Translations under genes and position numbers: made by a program | Assembly (NCBI GenBank): GCA_965208105.1 | Contig: OZ242318.1 | Coordinates: 480,001 to 544,000, forward strand | DNA: 64,000 bases | DNA from: Candidatus Latescibacterota bacterium | GTDB lineage: Bacteria; Latescibacterota; UBA2968; UBA8231 | Direction: 5' to 3' | The notes under the pieces: model-generated | Told to the model about the DNA's origin: nothing | Seen by the model: the letters and a program-made list of their open reading frames with translations, nothing else | Databases searched by the model: none | Shown: positions 1 to 7,964 of the stretch, piece after piece | Position numbering within the stretch: position 1 is the first letter of the stretch | How the letters are laid out: each line of letters begins with the position of its first letter

Positions 1-150
1 ATACTCTCACTTTTTGCGCCATGGCCGAATGATTCCTCTCCTCTGAAATTTTTCTTCAACAATGGGGAAATGTGCGCAGTGAATGGGTCCCCTGCAACCT
101 CGGAAGGAGCGCCCGTGAGGTCAATCCAGTCGGCATCACCTGCCCCGCTG

Positions 151-178
151 TTGACAGCATGGGTCCCAACCCTATTTT
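151..178 (+). promoter_or_regulatory. Putative sigma70 promoter for tRNA-Tyr
   Basis: TTGACA (151-156), 16-nt spacer, TATTTT (173-178), ending 14 nt before the tRNA 5' end. Confidence 0.45.
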
Positions 179-192
179 TTCGGTTTTGTGGA

Positions 193-278
193 GGGGGGAT
201 ACCAAAGTGGTCAACCGGGGTAGACTGTAAATCTACTGGCTCATGCCTTCGCAGGTTCGAATCCTGCTCCCCCCACCA
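193..278 (+). tRNA. tRNA-Tyr (GTA)
   Basis: Acceptor GGGGGGA/TCCCCCC, discriminator A plus encoded CCA, anticodon arm GTAGA-CTGTAAA-TCTAC, long variable arm, T-arm GCAGG-TTCGAAT-CCTGC. Confidence 0.97.
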
Positions 279-1487
279 TCAACTGCTCTTCCCGGCGCCG
301 CCCGGGTTCCACACCTGCTTGATTTCCTCGATCTTTTCCGGGTTCTGTCCTCTCACCCTGCCCAGGGACTCAAAGGCGAAAGCCAGCGCCACACTCACCA
401 CCAAAGCGACGGCGGAGGCAACGAGGACCAGCACCGTTCTCCTGGGCGCACTGCGGGTTTCCGGCGGGGTGGCCGCGTCCAGCACCTGTATGGTGGGAGT
501 ATCCAGCGCCTCCCTGTACTTGGCTTCTTCAAACCGGGTGCCCAAATAGCTGATAATCTGTTCCTTGATCTTTATGTCCAGGCTCAGCCTCGCATACTCG
601 AAACCCAACTCGGGCAAATCCTTCAGTGAAGGTCCCAAAGACCTGAGGGCAGTCTCAGCCGCCTTTCCGGCGCGGTCCTGAAAATCCCCGTGCAGGGCCT
701 GAAGCTGGCGGCGCAACTCCTCGACCTCGAGCCGAAGAAGCCTGCGGTTTTCGTGCTCGGGACTCAGTTGCCGGCTTGCAACCCCGAGCTTCACCTCCAA
801 CAGGGCGAGTTCCAGCACAATGCTGCTGGCGACGTCCACCGCTGCCGCGGTCTGGTCTTCCAGGTCAATCAGCCCATAGGTCTCCTGGAATCGCTGCATG
901 GCCCGGCCGCTTTCCTGGAACTCCAGTTCCAGATCCTGCAGCCGCTCCTGCAGGAACTGGCGCAGGGCGCGGGCCTGCTGGCTCTTGCGCTCGCGATTGA
1001 CCAGATCAAGTTCGCCGGCCAGACCGTTGGCCAGCTCCGCAGCCAGGGAGGGGCTGGAGGCCGTGACGGCAATGACCAGGGTTCCGTCAGTACGGAGATC
1101 TTCTTCCACCTGCTGCTCCAACAGGTCCATGGCCCTGTCGCGGCTCCCCGCCTCGAATTCCTGAACCAGGCCGAAGCGATCAACAACGGCTCCGAGAACC
1201 CGCTTGCTATTGAGTATGGTGACGAGTTGCTCTGAAGAGACCTCACCGACCAGCCCCGCGAGATTTCCGGGGACGGCTACGGACAGCAAGGTGGAGGCGG
1301 CGAAAGGGCTGGAGGATTTTTCTGGCGGCAGCAGGGTTGTGGATGCGGTCCAGGCCTTGGGCAGGACCAGGCTGATGCCGGCAGCGGCAAACGAAACGGC
1401 CAGCACGGCGAGAACGATCATCCGCCTCCACTTCACCAGCACGTAGAGGTAGTCCAGAAGGTTGCCTTCCTCTTTCATATCTTTCAT
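279..1487 (-). CDS. Wzz/GumC-family polysaccharide chain-length determinant
   Basis: N-terminal LLDYLYVLVKWRRMIV plus TM helix, coiled coil, C-terminal QVLDAATPPETRSAPRR plus TM helix; start chosen at TAATG overlap with the upstream gene. Confidence 0.85.
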   Translation of the reverse strand: MKDMKEEGNLLDYLYVLVKWRRMIVLAVLAVSFAAAGISLVLPKAWTASTTLLPPEKSSSPFAASTLLSVAVPGNLAGLVGEVSSEQLVTILNSKRVLGAVVDRFGLVQEFEAGSRDRAMDLLEQQVEEDLRTDGTLVIAVTASSPSLAAELANGLAGELDLVNRERKSQQARALRQFLQERLQDLELEFQESGRAMQRFQETYGLIDLEDQTAAAVDVASSIVLELALLEVKLGVASRQLSPEHENRRLLRLEVEELRRQLQALHGDFQDRAGKAAETALRSLGPSLKDLPELGFEYARLSLDIKIKEQIISYLGTRFEEAKYREALDTPTIQVLDAATPPETRSAPRRTVLVLVASAVALVVSVALAFAFESLGRVRGQNPEKIEEIKQVWNPGGAGKSS

Positions 1488-3163
1488 TACCGGGCAATGG
1501 TCACGGCGAGCAGAACGACCGTGGAAACCTGACCGATCACTTCCATGGCCTGGGTAAAGATAGCCCAATAATCGCGCACGGGCTCCTCCTTGATCCAGAT
1601 TCTATCCCCCGGCTCGATCCGCTCGACATCCCTGGCGCGCTTGATCTCTCCGCTGAGCCCCTTGATGACGAGCACGTCTTTCGAAGCCCTCCAGCCGAAG
1701 CCGCCTGCACGTTCGAGGTAGTCCCAGACCGTATACTTTGGATTGTAGAGGACGGCCCCGGGAGAAGCGGCCTGGCCGCTTACCATGATAGTCTGCTGCA
1801 GGGTGGGGACCACGATTAAATCTCCCGGGATCAGGAGGATGTCCTGCAGGTCGTCTCCGCGCTCGAAAAGGGCGACGAAATCCACAACCATCTGTCCAGG
1901 GCGTTCGCGGCTCTTCATGATGTAGTACTGGTTTTCCAGATCGGTGCGGTCGGGCACCGGAATAGAGCTGATGCGCTCGGCCTCGGGATCCACCACCTTT
2001 TCGCCCTCTTGCGGGTAGCGCACCACCACGGCCTCGGACAGCGATGCCTCGTCTGTAAACCCGCCCGCCTGGGAAATGATATTGCGCAGGGTAGTGTGGC
2101 CCTTTTGGATTACGTAAACACCAGGGTGCGTCACTTCCCCTTCGATGGTGACCGTGCTTCGCGGATGAAAGTCGGAAGTCTCGCGGAATACCAGCCAATC
2201 CCCTGAATGCAGGGAAAGGTCTGCCCCGGTCTCGCCCTTAAGCAGGCCCTTCACGTCCACCTGGAGGGCGTATCTTTCCTTGCCATCCTTTCCGTAGCGA
2301 AACAACATCACATTTTTTTCATTGTAATTGGGCGCAGGTCCCAAGGCCAGAATGAGAAGATCGCTGAGGCGATCGCCCTCGACGAACTCGTAGAACCCCG
2401 ATCGCTGCACTGCACCCTCCGCCCTGATCCTTCCCTGCTGTGCCGGAACGAAGATGATGTCCCCGTCCTCGACGAAGGGATTGTAGCGGGAATCTCCCGT
2501 GGTCTGGTACAACTCCAGGTCCACCCTTATCGCTTCCAATCCTTTCAGCTCCAGGAAATTGCCGCCCTCGGCCAGCATCCTCACCCGCGCCATCTCCCGT
2601 GGACCCAGTGTCCCGGTCCTGAACAGACGAATGTTGCGGCTGGAACCCCGGGTGAATTCCTCCTCATCCAGACCTCCCCGCTTCTGCACCACGGTGCTGA
2701 TCCGCTCCACCCCGGTGGCCACCGCTATTCCCGGATCCTCCACTTGGCCCACAACAGGCACCGGGAACTCCCTGGGCTTCTTCAATTCAACCGTCAGTTC
2801 ACCTACTTTAACCGTGCGCCTGAAGGCGGATTCGATGGCTCTGTGGGCCTCGCCCAGACGCAGGCCGCCAACCTTGACCGCCCCGACCTGGGGGATGAAG
2901 AGGCCTCCTTCGGCCAGGACTTCCCCGAAGAACGGCTTGTCCATTCCGGTAACGAAGACCAGAAACTCGTCCCCCGGTCCCACGAGGTAGCGGCCGCTGG
3001 CCAAAACTTCTCTGAACGCCTCCATCCCGATTATTCCGGAAGGGACCTCGATATCCGGCTTCTTTTCGACCTCCCGGGTGGCGGGGGACCTGATCTCCTG
3101 GGCGCCCAACTGCCAGGGAATCAACAGCAAAACGGTGGACCACCTAATTAGTTTCATCGCCAT
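1487..3163 (-). CDS. SLBB-domain polysaccharide export protein (Wza/KpsD-like)
   Basis: Signal peptide, YLVGPGDEF export motif, repeated SLBB units (VTIEGEVTHPGVY, LRNIISQAGG, YLERAGG); start at 3163 or 3157. Confidence 0.85.
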   Translation of the reverse strand: MAMKLIRWSTVLLLIPWQLGAQEIRSPATREVEKKPDIEVPSGIIGMEAFREVLASGRYLVGPGDEFLVFVTGMDKPFFGEVLAEGGLFIPQVGAVKVGGLRLGEAHRAIESAFRRTVKVGELTVELKKPREFPVPVVGQVEDPGIAVATGVERISTVVQKRGGLDEEEFTRGSSRNIRLFRTGTLGPREMARVRMLAEGGNFLELKGLEAIRVDLELYQTTGDSRYNPFVEDGDIIFVPAQQGRIRAEGAVQRSGFYEFVEGDRLSDLLILALGPAPNYNEKNVMLFRYGKDGKERYALQVDVKGLLKGETGADLSLHSGDWLVFRETSDFHPRSTVTIEGEVTHPGVYVIQKGHTTLRNIISQAGGFTDEASLSEAVVVRYPQEGEKVVDPEAERISSIPVPDRTDLENQYYIMKSRERPGQMVVDFVALFERGDDLQDILLIPGDLIVVPTLQQTIMVSGQAASPGAVLYNPKYTVWDYLERAGGFGWRASKDVLVIKGLSGEIKRARDVERIEPGDRIWIKEEPVRDYWAIFTQAMEVIGQVSTVVLLAVTIAR

Positions 3164-4082
3164 CTTTCTCCCTGGCAATTTCCACCTCCAGGCCCGAACG
3201 ATCCAGCGGCAGGACCAGGCTCCGAGAATTGATGCCCCTTCTGCTCCATGCCTCCTCCATTGCGGCTCCGGCGCCACGGTCTTCCCCGTCGACGAAGGCC
3301 AGGACCGCCGGGCCGGCGCCGCTGAGAGCAGCCCCCAAGGCACCTGCACCCAGGGCCGCGCGACACACGTCTTCCAGCCCGGGAACCAGCCCGGACCTGT
3401 AGGGCTGGTGCAGGCGGTCGACCATGGCTGATCGCAGCAGCTCGAGCCGGTTGCGGGCCAGGGCGGCGGTCAGCAGGGCAACTCGCCCCTGATTCGCAAC
3501 GGCATCCTGGAAGGTCACTTTCCGGGGCAATACTGCCCTGGCCTGCTGCGTCGGCAGAGAAAAATCGGGCAGCGCAACTACCGCCCGCAACCGGGAGGGA
3601 GGATCCAGGCGCAGGTACTCCATCTCTTCTCCGCTTCCCGAAGTTACGGTGAATCCACCCAGCATACAGGGGGCCACGTTGTCCGCATGTCCTTCCTCCT
3701 CACTCCCCAATTTCAGCAGGCTCCCCTCATCCAATTCCCGGCCGCATAACAGCATGCCCGCCACCAATCCGCTCATGGTCGCCGCGGCACTGCTCCCCAG
3801 CCCGCAGGCGAGGGGAATCTCGTTATGAGATTCCAGGAGCAACCCGGAGGGGCGAAATCCCGAGGCCTTGAAAACCCGCTCCATCGCCTGGTAAATCCTG
3901 TTGCTTTCATCCAGGGGGACCCGGCCTGTCCCCTCCCCGGAAAAGCGGATCTCCAACCCTCTTTCCGGGCGTTCGCACACTTCAAGCCGCTGATAAAGCG
4001 ACAGACCCAGCCCCAGGCAATCGAACCCCGGTCCCAGATTGGCGGAAGATGCCGGGGCTCTAATGCGAAATTGTTTCGCCAT
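3144..4082 (-). CDS. thrB: Homoserine kinase
   Basis: PASSANLGPGFDCLG, IPLACGLGSSAAA GHMP motif, EGHADN, LSGAGP. Confidence 0.95.
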   Translation of the reverse strand: MAKQFRIRAPASSANLGPGFDCLGLGLSLYQRLEVCERPERGLEIRFSGEGTGRVPLDESNRIYQAMERVFKASGFRPSGLLLESHNEIPLACGLGSSAAATMSGLVAGMLLCGRELDEGSLLKLGSEEEGHADNVAPCMLGGFTVTSGSGEEMEYLRLDPPSRLRAVVALPDFSLPTQQARAVLPRKVTFQDAVANQGRVALLTAALARNRLELLRSAMVDRLHQPYRSGLVPGLEDVCRAALGAGALGAALSGAGPAVLAFVDGEDRGAGAAMEEAWSRRGINSRSLVLPLDRSGLEVEIAREKDGDETN

Positions 4083-5223
4083 GAGCCATGGTCTTTTCAA
4101 GGAGGTCCACCAGTTCCAACCCCAGCGCGTCGGCCAGGGGGAAACCTCTCCTGGTAAGGCGCAGGACGCCGGCGTCCATTTCCAGGTAGCCGGCCTTCAG
4201 CAAATCAGCAAACCTGGTCTGTCCTTCAAGTGCCGCTTCCTGCCCGGCCTGGACCGAAACTCCTGCATCCGTGCGCAAGCCCATCCAGATGCGCTCCCGC
4301 GCGGCCGTTTCCGCACCGATCTCCTCCTGTCCATGCCGCGCCGGCCCCCCGGACTCGACGGCCTCCAGGTAACTGGGGAGGTCGCGGTGGTTCCAGCTTC
4401 TGAAGGAGCCCACGAAGCTGTGAGCTGACATCCCCACGCCGAGGTACTCCCCTCCGGTCCAGTATCCCCAATTGTGCCGTGAGCGCCGGCCAGGACGGGC
4501 GAAGTTCGATATCTCGTAGTGTTCGTAACCGCAGCCGGTCAGCCGTTCCATGGTCCATTCATAGGCCCGAGCGTCATCATCTTCCTCCACTGGCTGGAGG
4601 CGTCCACGGCGCCTGAGCTCGGCAAATGGAGTATCCGGCTCGATCGCAAGGGCATATGTGGATATGTGCTCGGGGCCCAAGCCCACCGCCTTGTCGAGGC
4701 TGTCTCGCCAGAGGCGCAAGGAGCTCCCGGGAGTGCTGAAAATCAGGTCGAGGCTGACATTGTCGAACCCGGCCTCGCGCGCCGCCCAATACGCCCGCTC
4801 GGCGTCGGCTCCACTGTGGGAGCGTCCCAGCCGTTTGAGGGTCTCGTCCGCGAAGGACTGTACGCCCAGGCTCATGCGGTTGACCCCGATCCGCCTGAAT
4901 CCCCTGAACCTGGCGCAATCAGCGGTGTCCGGGTTGGCCTCGATGGTGATCTCCGCGGTGGGTGCGAGATCCAGGACCCGTGCCGCAGTGTTGAGAATTC
5001 TCCCCAGCTGTTCCGGCTCCAGGATGCTGGGGGTGCCTCCACCGAAAAACACGGTCATCAGGGGACCGCGGTCTCCCAGGTTGCCATTGCATTCGATCTC
5101 CTTGCACACCGCATCCACGTAGCGCTGGTAGTATTCCTTCCTTCCCGTCAGCACGGCGAAAGCGCAGTAGGGACAGCGCCGGGAGCAAAACGGGATGTGC
5201 ACGTAGAGACCCCAGGCTCTCAT
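4060..5223 (-). CDS. hemW: Radical SAM heme chaperone HemW (HemN-like)
   Basis: LYVHIPFCSRRCPYC, FFGGGTPS, EANP, YEISNFA, HNWGYW; ATGA overlap with lepB. Confidence 0.9.
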   Translation of the reverse strand: MRAWGLYVHIPFCSRRCPYCAFAVLTGRKEYYQRYVDAVCKEIECNGNLGDRGPLMTVFFGGGTPSILEPEQLGRILNTAARVLDLAPTAEITIEANPDTADCARFRGFRRIGVNRMSLGVQSFADETLKRLGRSHSGADAERAYWAAREAGFDNVSLDLIFSTPGSSLRLWRDSLDKAVGLGPEHISTYALAIEPDTPFAELRRRGRLQPVEEDDDARAYEWTMERLTGCGYEHYEISNFARPGRRSRHNWGYWTGGEYLGVGMSAHSFVGSFRSWNHRDLPSYLEAVESGGPARHGQEEIGAETAARERIWMGLRTDAGVSVQAGQEAALEGQTRFADLLKAGYLEMDAGVLRLTRRGFPLADALGLELVDLLEKTMAHGETISH

Positions 5224-5909
5224 CGGACGACTCTTCCCAGGCGCTTCCAACGAATCCCCTGGAAGAGGGCTGCCACGGCGCTGCGGCCTCTGCCGTAGTC
5301 CGGCTCGCAGGACCAGAAGATCCGAAGGGGAGAGCCGAGGATCAGGTCCACCGGCAGCATGCCCCAGTGGCGGCTGTCCCGGCTGTTGTCGCGGTTGTCC
5401 CCCAGAACGAAGACGGATTTCACCGGAACCTTCTCAGGCCCGAAATTGTCGCGCGGGTCTGCCGCAGCCGGAATGATGCGGGCGTCCACGTACTTTGAAA
5501 AGGGAGGATCCGGCAGGCGCTCGCCGTCCACATAGACCACCTTGTTGCGTATCTCCACTGTCTGCCCGGCGGTTGCAATACAGCGTTTGGCATAGGTGCG
5601 CCGTGGGTCGAGGGGATAATTGAAAACAAGGATATCCCCTGGTGCGGGATTCTTCAAACCGGGGAAATGAATCCTGGAAAAGGGACTGCTAGAGCCGTAG
5701 CTGAATTTGTCGATCAGCAAATAATCACCCGCAAGCAGGGTGTTTTCCATGGACCTGGAGGGGACGCGAAAGGTCTGAATGAAAAAAGTGTGCAGCAGAA
5801 TGGCCATCCCCGCGACCGCAATCAGGAGAATGCTCCGGCGCCCTCTCGAGGACCGGCCTTTCCTTTTTCCCGCTCTCCCCCGCCTCGAGGTGGAAACCCG
5901 CTTTCCCAT
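5220..5909 (-). CDS. lepB: Signal peptidase I
   Basis: VPSRSMENTL (Ser), YAKRC (Lys), LGDNRDNSRDSRHWG; directly downstream of lepA. Confidence 0.93.
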   Translation of the reverse strand: MGKRVSTSRRGRAGKRKGRSSRGRRSILLIAVAGMAILLHTFFIQTFRVPSRSMENTLLAGDYLLIDKFSYGSSSPFSRIHFPGLKNPAPGDILVFNYPLDPRRTYAKRCIATAGQTVEIRNKVVYVDGERLPDPPFSKYVDARIIPAAADPRDNFGPEKVPVKSVFVLGDNRDNSRDSRHWGMLPVDLILGSPLRIFWSCEPDYGRGRSAVAALFQGIRWKRLGRVVR

Positions 5910-5913
5910 ACTT

Positions 5914-7713
5914 TCAGTCGTCCATCTGCAAGGCTGCGAGGAAGGCTTCCTGGGGGATCTCCACTTTGCCGAACTGCTTCATGCGTTTCTTGCCCTCTTT
6001 CTGGCGCTCGAGCAGCTTGCGCTTGCGGGTCACGTCGCCACCGTAGCACTTGGCGGTGACGTTCTTGCGGAAGGGCCGTACCACCTCGCGCGATATAACC
6101 TTGCTGCCGACTGCCCCCTGGATGACTACCTCGAACATCTGGCGCGGGATGAGACTCTTCAACCTGGCGCACAATCGCCGCCCCCAGACCTGGGCCTTGT
6201 CGCGATGCACGATCGCCGACAGGGCATCGAGGGGCTCACCGTTGAGCAAGATATCCAGCCTGGCCAGGTGGCCGGCGCGCATTTCCTTGTGTTCGTAATC
6301 GAAGGAGGCGTAGCCACGGGTCGCCGACTTCAGGCGGTCGTAGAAATCGACCACGACTTCGGACAGGGGTATCTCGTAGTGAAGAATGGCCCTGTCGGAA
6401 TCGAGGTACTCGGTGTTGAGATAGACGCCGCGGCGGTCTCTGGCGATCTTCATGATCGCTCCTATGTAGTCGCTGGGGGAAAGGATCTGGACCGCCAGTA
6501 TGGGTTCGCGCACCTCAGCGATCTGTCCCAGTGGCGGCATCAGCGACGGGTTCTCGACGTTCGCCACCTCGCCGTCCTTCAGCAGCACCTCGTAGCGGAC
6601 GTTTGGCAAGGTTGTGATGATTTCGACCTGGTATTCCCTGTCCAGCCGCTCCTGGACGATCTCCATGTGCAGCAGCCCCAGAAAGCCGCAGCGGAAGCCG
6701 AAGCCCAGGGCAGGCGAGGTCTCCGGCTCGTAGGAGAACGCCGCATCGTTCAATTTGAGCCGCTCCAGGGCATCGCGCAGGTCTTCGTAATCCTCCGGAT
6801 TGACCGGGTAGATCCCGCTGAAGACCATGGCCTTGAGGGCCTGATACCCCGGCAGGGGTTCCAACTCAACGCCGCCGGCGGGGACCACGGTGTCGCCGAC
6901 CTGGGCCTCTGCCAGCACCCGGACTCCGGCGATCAGGTAGCCTACTTCACCGGTTTTCAACTCGGGAGTCTCGATCCGCTCCAGGCGCAGAATGCCCACC
7001 TCCTCCACCTCGTATTCCCTGCGGGTGGAGTGGAAGCGGATCTTCTGTCCCTTGGCAACCGCCCCATCCACGACCCGGATGAAACAAACAACGCCCCGGT
7101 ACTGGTCGTAGAGGGAGTCGAAAACCAGGGCCCTGAGTGGCTCTACTTCCTCCCCCGAAGGAGGCTCGATGCGGTCGACGATGGATTCGAGCAGCGCCTC
7201 GATGCCCACCCCGACTTTGGCGCTAATGTGCAGGATATCGCCCTCGTTGCCCCCGAGCAGATCCAGCACTTGCCGCTGGGAAGCTTCGACCTGGGCGCTG
7301 GGCATGTCGATCTTGTTGAGGACAGGAATGATGGTAAGATCGTTGCTCATGGCCAGGAGCACATTGCTCACGGTCTGCGCCTCGATCCCCTGGGTGGCAT
7401 CGACGACCAGCAAGGCTCCTTCACAGGCGGCCAGACTGCGCGAAACTTCATAGGAAAAATCCACATGCCCCGGGGTATCGATCAGGTTGAGCTCGTAAAC
7501 CTCGCCGTTTGGCGCCGCGTAGCTCATGCGGACGGCGTGGGCTTTTATGGTTATCCCGCGCTCTCGCTCCAGGTCCATGTTGTCGAGGACCTGCTCCTGC
7601 ATCTGCTTGCTGTTGAGGGTGCTGGTCTTTTCCAGAAGGCGATCGGCCAGGGTCGACTTGCCGTGGTCGATATGGGCGATAATGCAGAAATTGCGGATAT
7701 GCGATACGCTCAT
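5914..7713 (-). CDS. lepA: Elongation factor 4 LepA
   Basis: IRNFCIIAHIDHGKSTLADR, RERGITIKA, DTPGHVDF, CYGGDVTRKRKLLE. Confidence 0.98.
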   Translation of the reverse strand: MSVSHIRNFCIIAHIDHGKSTLADRLLEKTSTLNSKQMQEQVLDNMDLERERGITIKAHAVRMSYAAPNGEVYELNLIDTPGHVDFSYEVSRSLAACEGALLVVDATQGIEAQTVSNVLLAMSNDLTIIPVLNKIDMPSAQVEASQRQVLDLLGGNEGDILHISAKVGVGIEALLESIVDRIEPPSGEEVEPLRALVFDSLYDQYRGVVCFIRVVDGAVAKGQKIRFHSTRREYEVEEVGILRLERIETPELKTGEVGYLIAGVRVLAEAQVGDTVVPAGGVELEPLPGYQALKAMVFSGIYPVNPEDYEDLRDALERLKLNDAAFSYEPETSPALGFGFRCGFLGLLHMEIVQERLDREYQVEIITTLPNVRYEVLLKDGEVANVENPSLMPPLGQIAEVREPILAVQILSPSDYIGAIMKIARDRRGVYLNTEYLDSDRAILHYEIPLSEVVVDFYDRLKSATRGYASFDYEHKEMRAGHLARLDILLNGEPLDALSAIVHRDKAQVWGRRLCARLKSLIPRQMFEVVIQGAVGSKVISREVVRPFRKNVTAKCYGGDVTRKRKLLERQKEGKKRMKQFGKVEIPQEAFLAALQMDD

Positions 7714-7964
7714 GAGGTCAGAAGCGGAAGGAGAATGCCGAACGCATTGTTATCATTGAGGTAGGGTCTAAAGTACGGCTGTCCATAATTTGTGTCAAAC
7801 CAGAATCAGGCGCCGTTCCTCCACCCGATCTGATACACCTGGCCGAATTATTTCCGCCAGGCCAAAATTTTTTAAGTTTTGGTTGTACCCGGGAGTTATA
7901 TTTAGCCAGAACCTGACCGAGAATTTCGACTCGTCCTAAACGGAAGGATCTTCAAGGAAACGCG

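Noticed and set aside
1-22. Minus-strand gene start MAQKVRV with an upstream AGGAG
   Set aside because: Probably a real start, but seven codons are too few to identify
70-629. Plus-strand ORFs of 159 and 128 aa
   Set aside because: Overlap the tRNA and lie antisense to the Wzz/GumC gene
5779-7764. 661-aa plus-strand ORF
   Set aside because: Antisense shadow of lepA, with no motifs of its own
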